DNA of 60,094 nt from Candidatus Micrarchaeota archaeon (GCA_021828295.1 JAKASF010000003.1:1-60094), one strand, 5' to 3'. Counted from the first letter of the stretch, positions 1 through 7,638 are shown. Notes: generated by a model not told the origin, from the sequence alone. Made by a program: numbers and translations.

Positions 1-53
1 TTCTTCGGGCATCTTGCTATGTATGCGTCTACTTCCTTCGATGCTCTTACCAT
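1..53 (-). CDS. partial CDS (N-terminus only, continues past window start); DUF1801/YdhG-like
   Basis: ATG at 53..51 followed by MVRASKEVDAYIARCPKK, resembling DUF1801-family N-termini. Sits 2 nt downstream of the same-strand DUF4287 gene. Confidence 0.35.
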   Translation of the reverse strand, partial: MVRASKEVDAYIARCPK

Positions 54-55
54 GC

Positions 56-295
56 TCATTCACCCCTCTCTATCTTTTTCCTGGCAAGTTCAGGGTACTT
101 TAGGTAGAGGATTATCGAATTCGCGTGGCCGTGGCCCAGTTTCTCATCTCCCTTCAGCCATTTAAGCAATTCCGCGTGCTTCACAACGACCTTTCCGTTC
201 TTTATGAAGCCCTTCTTCTTTGCCAGCGCAACGAAATCTTCAGGCCCCTTGCCCGTCTGAACCCTGATGTTGTCGATGTATGCCTTGTAGGTCAC
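56..295 (-). CDS. DUF4287 domain protein
   Basis: 79 aa. YIDNIRVQTGKGPEDFVALAKKKG ... LGHGHANSII fits the DUF4287 signature. Confidence 0.75.
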   Translation of the reverse strand: MTYKAYIDNIRVQTGKGPEDFVALAKKKGFIKNGKVVVKHAELLKWLKGDEKLGHGHANSIILYLKYPELARKKIERGE

Positions 296-299
296 GCAA

Positions 300-722
300 T
301 CAACCCACCGCTTTCTTCACCAATGCGGCGATTTTTTCTTCTTCCTTCGCGGTGAGCTTTGTTAATGCGAATGAGCTAGGCCACATGTTGCCATCGTCCA
401 GGTTTGCCTTATCGCTGAAACCCAATGTCTGGTATCTCGCTTTAAACTTGCCAGCATTTTGGAAGAAGCAGATAACCTTGTCACCTTTGGAATATGCCGG
501 CATCCCGTACCACGTCCTTGGAGAAAGGTCAGGAGCGTTCTTCCTAATAATGGTGTGTACGCGCTTCGCAATTGAACGATCAGGTTCCTTCATCTTTGCT
601 ATAGCGGCAAGCACCGCGTTTTCGTCGTTGACCTTCGCGTTCTTCTCATGAAGGTACTCCTTCATCGCGCCTATCTCCTCCTTTGTCAATCCTTTGGATT
701 TTGCCATAGATTCACCAATCAT
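300..722 (-). CDS. DUF1801 / YdhG-like protein
   Basis: 140 aa. [52 protein letters not shown] is typical of DUF1801. 4-nt overlap with the upstream SRPBCC gene. Confidence 0.7.
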   Translation of the reverse strand: MIGESMAKSKGLTKEEIGAMKEYLHEKNAKVNDENAVLAAIAKMKEPDRSIAKRVHTIIRKNAPDLSPRTWYGMPAYSKGDKVICFFQNAGKFKARYQTLGFSDKANLDDGNMWPSSFALTKLTAKEEEKIAALVKKAVG

Positions 723-1204
723 TTTTCCATTCCGTTGACCATCGCAACGAGCTTATCGGTTTGCTGGTTCCAGCCCGCTGCCATGCCTCCGAGCATGTTC
801 TCTGTCTTGCCCGGCACGGCCTTCGTGACCGCTATGTGAATTGTCATCTTCGTTTTTCCACCCATGTCCTGCAGATCCACAGTGACAACGTTCTCCAGCA
901 GCGCTTCCTGATTGTCATCTATGGCATTTGAGGTAAACACGAGCCTGCTCTGCGGCGTCACCTCTCTGAATGCGCCGTTCATCGGCCACCTCATTCCCGC
1001 TGCTGGTCCGAGTTCCTTGCCAGCAAGCATCACTATGTCTATCTTGCCGTCGGTTCTCGCCTCCCATACGCATGTGGGGTTGGTCACACCCTGCGGCCCC
1101 CACCACTTCCTCACAAGCTCCTGGTCTGTCCAGGCCTTCCACACAAGTTCCCTTGGCGCATCGAATGTGCGCGTTATGGTCAGCTCCCTTATAGGTTTCT
1201 CCAT
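719..1204 (-). CDS. SRPBCC / AHSA1 (activator of Hsp90 ATPase homologue-like) domain protein
   Basis: 161 aa. [30 protein letters not shown] is the usual SRPBCC/AHSA1 N-terminal signature. Confidence 0.8.
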   Translation of the reverse strand: MEKPIRELTITRTFDAPRELVWKAWTDQELVRKWWGPQGVTNPTCVWEARTDGKIDIVMLAGKELGPAAGMRWPMNGAFREVTPQSRLVFTSNAIDDNQEALLENVVTVDLQDMGGKTKMTIHIAVTKAVPGKTENMLGGMAAGWNQQTDKLVAMVNGMEK

Positions 1205-1208
1205 GTTA

Positions 1209-1532
1209 TCACTTTTTAGCGTTCTTCTTTTTCTCCTCCTTCAGCACCTCGTCCAGCCTGTCGAGGCGCTCGTCCCACAGCCGCTCGGTCTGCTTCGCCC
1301 ATTCCTCGAGCTCACGTATTGAAGCTGGGTTGAGCTGGAATATGTGCCGCTGCGCCTTCTTTTTCATCCTGAGAATGTTTGCCTGTAGCAGCACCCCGAG
1401 GTGCTGAGATACCGCCTGCGGGCTTATATCGAAGTTTCCGCTTATCTCCGTAGCCGTCATCTGCCCGTTCCTGGCGAGCATCTCCACTATCAGACGCCTT
1501 CTCGGTTCCGCAAACGCATAGAACAGATCCAT
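1209..1532 (-). CDS. ArsR/SmtB-family winged-helix transcriptional regulator
   Basis: 107 aa. RRRLIVEMLARNGQMTATEISGNFDISPQAVSQHLGVLLQANIL forms the HTH. It heads the ArsR-SRPBCC-DUF1801-DUF4287 string. Confidence 0.85.
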   Translation of the reverse strand: MDLFYAFAEPRRRLIVEMLARNGQMTATEISGNFDISPQAVSQHLGVLLQANILRMKKKAQRHIFQLNPASIRELEEWAKQTERLWDERLDRLDEVLKEEKKKNAKK

Positions 1533-1563
1533 GTATGTATTATAAAGTAATTACTTTATAAAG

Positions 1564-2100
1564 CTATTGCTTAATTATCTTGTTTGGCTTAACAAGGAAC
1601 ATTCCAAAACCCGCCCTTTTCGCTACGCGTGCCTTAGCGTAAGAGATGTTCTCGATTTTGTCGTCGTAGTAACTCACGTTTGCGTAGGCCTTGAGGAATT
1701 TCATTATCTCTCTCAGCTTCCACTCCTCGTCCCTGAGCAGCAGCGCCTTCCTGTCGCGCATCAGCAGCCTGTCGAAGCGAATGTTGTGCTTCTTCAGTAG
1801 TCGCACCGTGTAGCCGCGCAGTTTTGCCGACCTGGCTGTCATTACCACTATCTCCGCGTTCTTCACGCGCCTCAGCTTCCAGATCATGAGCCGATTGGGC
1901 ACGCTCATTCCGGTATATTTCGTCTGTGCGACTTCGTAGATCCTGTGCTTCGTCTTCCTGTCGAGCCTGCGTATCTCGTCTCTTGCCATTCTCTTGCCTA
2001 ACACATCCTTTGTAGCGAGGGGCAAGGCCCCGCCTGTGAAGAACAGCGTGTCGTCAAAATCTACAAGCAGAGCATCAGATTTCCTATCCATCGATACCAA
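1564..2100 (-). CDS. HAD-superfamily phosphatase-like protein (T4 Pnkp-phosphatase-like subfamily)
   Basis: 178 aa. HAD motif I is LVDFDDTLF, motif II MTARS, motif IV YYDDK. 17-nt overlap with the upstream ORF. Confidence 0.6.
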   Translation of the reverse strand: MVSMDRKSDALLVDFDDTLFFTGGALPLATKDVLGKRMARDEIRRLDRKTKHRIYEVAQTKYTGMSVPNRLMIWKLRRVKNAEIVVMTARSAKLRGYTVRLLKKHNIRFDRLLMRDRKALLLRDEEWKLREIMKFLKAYANVSYYDDKIENISYAKARVAKRAGFGMFLVKPNKIIKQ

Positions 2101-2977
2101 CGAAAGGCTCGTCTATCCAGCCGTCTGGGTTCAGCCCGAGATACCTGTCCTCAATCCTTTCTGTGCCAGTCGTGGTTCTTATAACCTCCCACTTCCTCAC
2201 CGGAACCGCCGGCGCCTCTGCCGAGAGCCCGTTTACTGATATGACGTACTGCGGGGCGCCAAGCGTGTGCGCGAGGAACATCCTGTGTATGCCGTCCCTC
2301 ACCACCTGCACCGAAGTCAGCTTCCTGTTCTCGAGTATGCTGTCCCAGTTCCTGACCACCTCCCCAATGTCTATGATTGTGGCGCCGCTGTAATCGGAGA
2401 GTGCAAGTTTGTCATTTTCTGAGGCGCGCCTGCGCAGGTTTCCGAGAGGCACGCGGACGCTGTCTTTAGTAATCGTCTCCACTATTGGAGGTATGTAGAG
2501 GGCAACATACCCATCGCCTCCGCGTTTGTAGCTTATGGTGCTCGCCGCCGAATTCGCTATGCCAGAAAAGTCGAACCGTTCGAAGAGCGACGACAGACCG
2601 TTCAGGTTAAGCAGGCTTGAGATGTTGGCGAACGCTCTGTAGTGGAAGATGGAGTTGTGCGACATATGCCCTGCGCTAATCAACGAGCCTTCGTATACCC
2701 TCTCGCCTCTCTTGTTAGGTATGCTCTTCAGCACGGCCTCTAGATCCGAGAAGCGCATCGCCCCCAGCTCTATCTGCGCGCCAGCCTCCCTGTCTTCAGT
2801 ATTTTCGAGAGACGCCATCCTGCTTATGTCGGTTGGCGCCACGACCCCGTTCGATTCGCGGACCATCTGCTTCAGAGGCCCTCCGTTGCCCCCGAAGCTC
2901 ACCCTGTCCAGGAACTCACGCGGTTCTATGTGAAATAGGAACCTTTCTTTGCTGCTCATGGAACGATATTCTGCCAC
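2084..2977 (-). CDS. hypothetical protein with a possible ParB/Srx-like DGxHR motif
   Basis: 297-aa ORF with sensible composition, translationally coupled to the HAD gene. VVRDGIHRMFLAHTLG resembles the ParB/sulfiredoxin-fold core (DGxHRxxxAxxxG). Nothing else recognised. Confidence 0.5.
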   Translation of the reverse strand: MAEYRSMSSKERFLFHIEPREFLDRVSFGGNGGPLKQMVRESNGVVAPTDISRMASLENTEDREAGAQIELGAMRFSDLEAVLKSIPNKRGERVYEGSLISAGHMSHNSIFHYRAFANISSLLNLNGLSSLFERFDFSGIANSAASTISYKRGGDGYVALYIPPIVETITKDSVRVPLGNLRRRASENDKLALSDYSGATIIDIGEVVRNWDSILENRKLTSVQVVRDGIHRMFLAHTLGAPQYVISVNGLSAEAPAVPVRKWEVIRTTTGTERIEDRYLGLNPDGWIDEPFVGIDG

Positions 2978-3102
2978 GCGGCGTTTTTCAAGGCTTCAGC
3001 TATGAAAATTCACTCCGCTAAAAATTCCTGGGCCTGTCGTATTTAAACCTTTGATATTTCTCTCTCGAATGCCCGTTTCTATTTATACCTTCTGCAAAAG
3101 TC

Positions 3103-3138
3103 GAAGCCATTCGTCAAAAGCGGAAGCGATTCGTCAAA
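3103..3138. repeat. two direct 16-nt repeats with 20-nt period (GAAGCCATTCGTCAAA / GAAGCGATTCGTCAAA)
   Basis: Copies at 3103..3118 and 3123..3138 with 1 mismatch. They lie in a 240-nt intergenic region between TATA-like TCTATTTATACC (about 3079) and CTTTTAAAAGC (about 3167). Confidence 0.5.
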
Positions 3139-3220
3139 CTGCATACCCGCCTCAAGCCTTTTAAAAGCTATGACGTATCAGCGATAGAAAAGTGATGTTG
3201 TGTACAGGAGGAGAGGAAAG

Positions 3221-3358
3221 ATGACTGGCGAAGCGAAGAAGCATGTACCAGAAATTATGCCTTCGCTCCGAGACATGCCGCTTGTTGGCGCGTACCGCTC
3301 CTTGACCGAAGAGGAGAAGGAGTTCATGAGCTACCGCAGATCCGGCAATGCAGACTAG
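3221..3358 (+). CDS. small ORF, 45 aa, hypothetical
   Basis: ATG preceded by GGAGGAGAGG. Reads MTGEAKKHVPEIMPSLRDMPLVGAYRSLTEEEKEFMSYRRSGNAD. Below the ORF-track cutoff and no recognisable family. Confidence 0.3.
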   Translation: MTGEAKKHVPEIMPSLRDMPLVGAYRSLTEEEKEFMSYRRSGNAD

Positions 3359-3438
3359 TCACGTTTAGCTCCGCTGGCCTTCTAGATCTGCCCAATCCTA
3401 ATAAAGAAAAAGAGAGGGGCAAAAGCCCCCCAACAAAT

Positions 3439-3663
3439 TTACCTCCTTCCCTTTCTGTTCATCTTAGCCCTGGCTACATAGCCGGACTTGTCGATGAAGT
3501 ACAGGAAGCCCTCGGCTCTCTTTACCTTCTCCGAGCCCACTCTCGCCTTTCTTCCGCGCGAGTTGGTCTTCATAGGTGTCCTCCACGCATAGCCATCCTT
3601 ACCAAGGTAGTAGAGATAGCCGTCTTCTCTGCTGATCCTTTCACGGGTCATTCTTTCAGCCAT
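3439..3663 (-). CDS. small basic protein (74 aa) with internally duplicated G[YF]LY[YF]xxKxGY motif
   Basis: This is the C-terminal part of the 347-aa track ORF. ATG at 3663 is preceded by GGTGA with a 4-nt spacer. Reads MAERMTRERISREDGYLYYLGKDGYAWRTPMK...RAEGFLYFIDKSGYVARAKMNRKGRR. The rest of the 347-aa ORF is antisense to the PAC2 gene. Confidence 0.6.
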   Translation of the reverse strand: MAERMTRERISREDGYLYYLGKDGYAWRTPMKTNSRGRKARVGSEKVKRAEGFLYFIDKSGYVARAKMNRKGRR

Positions 3664-3792
3664 TAATTCACCGATGATAAAATGCGGGTTCATCCTTTTA
3701 TATCTATCGTCGATTTGTCGAGAGCAAAATACAACATGCACAGTTTTTAGTCGTCTCTTTTTATACTTTTCATACCCAAGAGGTTTGGTTGA

Positions 3793-4527
3793 ATGATCGA
3801 GATAATTCTGCATCAGAAAATCGAGTTGAAGGGATATACGCTGATCGAGGGCTTTCCGGGAGCGGGGCTCGTGGGCCCCATGGCCGCCAGCTACATGATC
3901 GAGAAGCTGGGCATGAAGAGCATAGGGCACATAGAGAGCGACCTCTTCCCGCCTATAGCCGCAGTGCACGGCGGCGAGCCGATGCACACAGCGAGGCTGT
4001 ACGCTGATACCAAGAACAAGCTGGTCGTGGTCCTGTCCGAATTCACCATACCGCAGCACGTCATCTACCAGCTTGCAGGCGAGCTGCTCTCGTTCGTCAG
4101 GAAGAACGGGATAGGCAAGATCGTCTCGATAGGAGGGATGCCATCCCAGAACCCCACCGCGACAGCATACGTCATAGCGTCGCCCTCGGAGCTTACAAAA
4201 GATGCGGCGAAGGCGGGGTTGAAGCCGGTGAACGAGGGGGTCATCGCCGGCGTGAGCGCGTTGCTCATAACAGGCGCCAAAGAGTTCAACATACCCACAA
4301 TCGACGTTCTTGTCGAGGTCAATCCTCTCATAATGGATCCCAAGTACGCGGAGGTGGCGATAAGCGGGCTGAGCAAGCTGCTCGACATAAAGATAGACAC
4401 CGCTGAGCTCGAGACAGAGGCCAAGGAGGTTGAGGCGAGGGTGAGGGAGATGCTCAAGAAGGCCAAGGAATCGCACGAGCACTACGACAAGTCACCTGAA
4501 GAGGCGGGGCCCCCGGCAGTCGCATAG
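3793..4527 (+). CDS. PAC2-family proteasome assembly chaperone-like protein
   Basis: 244 aa. LKGYTLIEGFPGAGLVGPMAASYMIEKLGMKSIGHIES is the archaeal PAC2 (COG1938) N-terminal signature. Confidence 0.85.
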   Translation: MIEIILHQKIELKGYTLIEGFPGAGLVGPMAASYMIEKLGMKSIGHIESDLFPPIAAVHGGEPMHTARLYADTKNKLVVVLSEFTIPQHVIYQLAGELLSFVRKNGIGKIVSIGGMPSQNPTATAYVIASPSELTKDAAKAGLKPVNEGVIAGVSALLITGAKEFNIPTIDVLVEVNPLIMDPKYAEVAISGLSKLLDIKIDTAELETEAKEVEARVREMLKKAKESHEHYDKSPEEAGPPAVA

Positions 4528-4589
4528 CGCGGGCGCATCGGCGTCCTTACGCCCTTAATTTAAAGCATAGCCTCCAATTATAGCTCTGT

Positions 4590-4692
4590 GCAGGGGTGGC
4601 AGAGTCTGGAATGGCTGTCAGCCACGGAAAATGCGCGGGACTTAAGATCCCGTGGCTTCGTGCCTTCGAGAGTTCAAATCTCTCCCCCTGCA
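4590..4692 (+). tRNA. tRNA-Leu (anticodon UAA) with about 17 extra nt in the D-arm region (putative non-canonical intron)
   Basis: Acceptor stem GCAGGGG/CCCCTGC plus discriminator A. Anticodon arm CGGGA-CTTAAGA-TCCCG with TAA at 4643..4645. Long variable arm TGGCTTCGTGCCTTC. T arm GAGAG-TTCAAAT-CTCTC. Total 103 nt against about 86 expected; the extra sequence TGGCTGTCAGCCACGGA lies around 4612..4628. Confidence 0.8.
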
Positions 4693-4707
4693 ACCTAGGG
4701 TGAAGAA

Positions 4708-5229
4708 GTGAAGGTCATAATGTACATGGCGCCCACGCCCAACGGGATGATTGCAAGGGAGAATTATGACGAGAGCTACGTCTCTGCAGCAAACTGGAAG
4801 CTGTTCGTCAGTTCGGTGAAGCGGATCGGCAACGTGATCATAGGCAGGAAGACGTTCGAGGTCGCGCTCAAGAGCGGTGTGTTTCCCATCGGGGGCGCCC
4901 TAAATATCGTGATGACCAGCAGCAAAATCGAAAACAGGTGGCCAGGCAGGGTCATTTTCGTCGGGAGGTCACCGAAACAAGCCCTGAAAGTCCTCAAAGA
5001 TAAAGGTTACAAGATTGCGATGGTTGCAGGGGGCAGCAACGTGAACTCGAGCTTCATCAAAGAGCACTTGATCGATGAGTTGCATCTCGATTTCCAGCCA
5101 GAGGTGTTCGGAAGGGGCACGCCCCTGTTTGCCGGCAAGGCATTCGATGCAAAGCTTCAGCTACTCGGCGTAACGCGACTGTCAAAGAATGAGGTGCAGC
5201 TGCGGTACAGGGTCGTAAAGAAGAGATGA
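4708..5229 (+). CDS. RibD C-terminal domain / dihydrofolate reductase-like protein
   Basis: 173 aa with a GTG start. MAPTPNGMIARE...GRKTFE...MVAGGSNVNSSFIKEHLIDELHLDFQPEVFGRGTPLF is typical of the RibD_C (deaminase-reductase) family. Confidence 0.8.
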   Translation: MKVIMYMAPTPNGMIARENYDESYVSAANWKLFVSSVKRIGNVIIGRKTFEVALKSGVFPIGGALNIVMTSSKIENRWPGRVIFVGRSPKQALKVLKDKGYKIAMVAGGSNVNSSFIKEHLIDELHLDFQPEVFGRGTPLFAGKAFDAKLQLLGVTRLSKNEVQLRYRVVKKR

Positions 5230-5236
5230 AGATACG

Positions 5237-6223
5237 CTATTTCCTTCTCAGGAATGCACCCGCCTTCGCGTCGCCGTACAGCCATATTACGGTCCCGACC
5301 ACTAGCAGGACGGTCCCGCCCCACCAGTATTCGGAAACTCCAGGAGCGCCCACCTCTCCATATACCCAACCCAGAAGCCCGATGACAATTAGCGCTATCC
5401 CAAGATACACAGCGCCGCTGGCTCCCTTCTGCTTGAAGGTGCCACCTTTAGCATCCCCGTAGATCCACATGAGCGTTCCTACGGCAATGGCAGCTACGCC
5501 TCCCCAGATATAGCTCTGTATTCCACCAGAGTAGTCACCGTAGAGCCATGCAACTGTGCCGATCAGTATCAGAGCCGTGCCTATCACCACGAGCCTTGTC
5601 AACGCCGATTTCCAAGCGAACAGCCCGTAGAGGGCGCCAAGGATTATCAACACAATAAGCACAGATGACGCAAGCTGCGCTGTCGAATTGCCGTTCGAGT
5701 AGTAGGCTCCCGTGCTGTTATACGCGATTGTGCTGCTGGGCTGTATCGAAGTGGAAGCTACGCTTGTGGTCTGCTGCGCTGTCGTTGTCTGGTTTGCAGA
5801 GCCTACCGTTGTGGTCTGGGCCGTGGTCGTTGGGGCCAGCACCGTCAGCACAAAGTTAGAGTTGCTTGTTGACGGATCATCTCCGGTCGCAGCGAGCGTA
5901 ACGTTGTACGTGCCCGCCGGTGTCGTCGATGACGCAGATATGCTCATCGTTCCCGAATAAGGAGGATCACCTGAAGGATTGCTCAAGCTCACCATTATTC
6001 CATGGCTCGCCAGCTGGTTGTTGTTCACAACGCTGAGCGTTGTGCCCCACGTACTTCCACTAGCAAGATTGACCGTATACGAGACGGAGGTGCTGTTGCC
6101 GTTCATCATGCTTCTGCTGTAAGAGCCCAGCGATATGCTGGAGGTGCCGTACCCGTAAGCAAAGACGCCGTTCGCCATCGCAAGCAGCGCCGCGATTGCC
6201 AAAACTGCTCCCAGCTTTCCCAT
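5237..6223 (-). CDS. surface protein: signal peptide, Ig-like ectodomain, Thr-rich linker, C-terminal array of TM hairpins with W[LIV]YG[DE] repeats
   Basis: Start chosen at MGKLGAVLAIAALLAMANGVFA (ATG 6223, GGGAGGT 5 nt upstream). PAGTYNVTLAATG resembles surface-domain motifs. Linker is APTTTAQTTTVGSANQTTTAQQTT. Four repeats: VAWLYGDYSGG, LMWIYGDAKGG, LGWVYGEVGAPG, VIWLYGDAKAG. Confidence 0.7.
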   Translation of the reverse strand: MGKLGAVLAIAALLAMANGVFAYGYGTSSISLGSYSRSMMNGNSTSVSYTVNLASGSTWGTTLSVVNNNQLASHGIMVSLSNPSGDPPYSGTMSISASSTTPAGTYNVTLAATGDDPSTSNSNFVLTVLAPTTTAQTTTVGSANQTTTAQQTTSVASTSIQPSSTIAYNSTGAYYSNGNSTAQLASSVLIVLIILGALYGLFAWKSALTRLVVIGTALILIGTVAWLYGDYSGGIQSYIWGGVAAIAVGTLMWIYGDAKGGTFKQKGASGAVYLGIALIVIGLLGWVYGEVGAPGVSEYWWGGTVLLVVGTVIWLYGDAKAGAFLRRK

Positions 6224-6329
6224 TGGACCTCCCTTTTCATAGATGATTGCCACATGTTTTTATATCTGCACGTCACCCGGCTCTGCAAACGCAGCATATA
6301 AATTCGTTCGAACCACTTATCCCTCTGCC

Positions 6330-6401
6330 GCCGCTGTAGCTCAGTGGTAGAGCGTGTGCATGGTAAGCACAAGGTCGCGAGTTCAATCCTCGCCGGCGGC
6401 T
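6330..6401 (+). tRNA. tRNA-Thr (anticodon GGU)
   Basis: Acceptor GCCGCTG/CGGCGGC with one U-G pair, then T8 A9. D arm GCTC-AGTGGTA-GAGC. Anticodon arm TGTGC-ATGGTAA-GCACA. T arm GCGAG-TTCAATC-CTCGC. Discriminator T. No encoded CCA. Confidence 0.85.
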
Positions 6402-6404
6402 TAG

Positions 6405-6950
6405 CTACTGTATGTAGCCGGGGTTGCTGTCGCGCTGGAGGGCGTAGATGTCGCTGGCGGCTCTGACAGAGAAAAGCTCGTCAAGGACCTCGCTCATCAA
6501 CTTCTCCACCTTATCTACGAATGCGGCGCCTCCGTTTCCGAAAGCAAAAGCCCTCTTCATTCCTCCGTACATGACCACCCTGCTGAAGAACGCTGTATCG
6601 CGCAGGCTCTCCTGGTCCTTCTCCATGACGAAGATCACCGCGCTTCTCTGATCTTCGTCTCCCAGCATTATCTCCTTGATGGCGCGCCCTCTGTTATCCA
6701 TCGTTTCTTTTGCTTCCTTGGCTAAATATCCGTGCTTCGTTGCGACTTCCAGCACCTTGTCGCTTACCATCTTGACCAAAAACTCCGATTTTATGTTTGT
6801 AAAATCGTAGGCGAACACATACTCGGTTGTGAACACGGTCTTCTTATAGCGCGCGTCGCCGTTTGCACCTATCAGCGCAAACGCATCGGTAACGTGGCTG
6901 CGGAGGGCATCTCCTGCAATCCTGGACCTGAATCTAGTCTCGCCTGTCAT
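6405..6950 (-). CDS. hypothetical protein
   Basis: 181-aa ORF with protein-like composition and no recognisable motif. Its stop lies 4 nt from the tRNA-Thr 3' end. Confidence 0.55.
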   Translation of the reverse strand: MTGETRFRSRIAGDALRSHVTDAFALIGANGDARYKKTVFTTEYVFAYDFTNIKSEFLVKMVSDKVLEVATKHGYLAKEAKETMDNRGRAIKEIMLGDEDQRSAVIFVMEKDQESLRDTAFFSRVVMYGGMKRAFAFGNGGAAFVDKVEKLMSEVLDELFSVRAASDIYALQRDSNPGYIQ

Positions 6951-7059
6951 GCATCATACAACTCTGAAAGGATTTTTAATAGAACAGCCTTGTGCATCTG
7001 CAACTGTCGAATTCGAAAGTTATAGCTTAATAATCCCGCTCCAAAGTATCTCGGTTTAG

Positions 7060-7638
7060 ATGTCTGGTATCGGGGGAGCGGCCGCAGAGAGCAGGCTTAG
7101 TGCCGAATTCAACCGCATATACGCCAAGCCCGACCTTAGGGTGTCGATCAGGAGCGATGGCGCCCGCACGGCGCGTTGCGACGTCACCGGGCTCGTGACC
7201 GTCCACTCCGACATGGCAAGTGTGATGCTTGACGCGTTCAGGAAGGGGCAGCGCGGCGGCTTCTTCATTCTCGACCACGAGCAGGGGCACATCGAAGAGG
7301 GGAGCCCAATGAGGTCCAACTTGCTTGATACCGATGATGCGCCGATTGGCGCCGTGGATCTCGCTGAGGAGAGAGAAGCCGATGCATACGCCCTGAGGAA
7401 GACAAGCGACCCCATCGGGGACCTTGCATCCGCTCTTGCTATATACCTGTTGAGCAACCACGACGATGGGACGATAGAGCTTTGCGATGGTAAGAATTTC
7501 TCCGATTCCGCGCAAGGCGTATGGGCAGCTTCCCTCTATTTCTTAAAGAACCACGGCTCTCTGTCGCTCCTTTCCGAAGACGAGCTATTTATGCTAAAAC
7601 CGCAAGTGTTCGAAAAATTCGAACAGCTCAGGCGCTAG
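7060..7638 (+). CDS. putative HExxH zinc metallopeptidase, ImmA/IrrE-like
   Basis: 192 aa. FFILDHEQGHIEEG (HExxH) is followed about 35 aa later by EREADAYAL, the spacing and pattern seen in ImmA/IrrE (COG2856)-type peptidases. Preferred over the antisense 162-aa ORF. Confidence 0.55.
   Translation: MSGIGGAAAESRLSAEFNRIYAKPDLRVSIRSDGARTARCDVTGLVTVHSDMASVMLDAFRKGQRGGFFILDHEQGHIEEGSPMRSNLLDTDDAPIGAVDLAEEREADAYALRKTSDPIGDLASALAIYLLSNHDDGTIELCDGKNFSDSAQGVWAASLYFLKNHGSLSLLSEDELFMLKPQVFEKFEQLRR

Noticed and set aside
3664-4482. N-terminal 270 or so codons of the 347-aa minus-strand ORF
   Set aside because: Antisense to the well-supported PAC2-family gene. Only the 3' 74 codons, which have their own SD and ATG, look real.
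6327-6333. Alternative tRNA-Thr 5' end (GCCGCCG register starting at 6327)
   Set aside because: That register leaves 5 nt instead of 2 between the acceptor and D stems. Starting at 6330 (GCCGCTG with one U-G pair) gives a standard cloverleaf.
7027-7515. 162-aa and 133-aa minus-strand ORFs opposite 7060..7638
   Set aside because: The plus-strand frame carries an HExxH plus ExxAxxxA pattern and a more protein-like composition. The minus frames are Arg/Gly/Val-rich. Confidence in the choice is only moderate.
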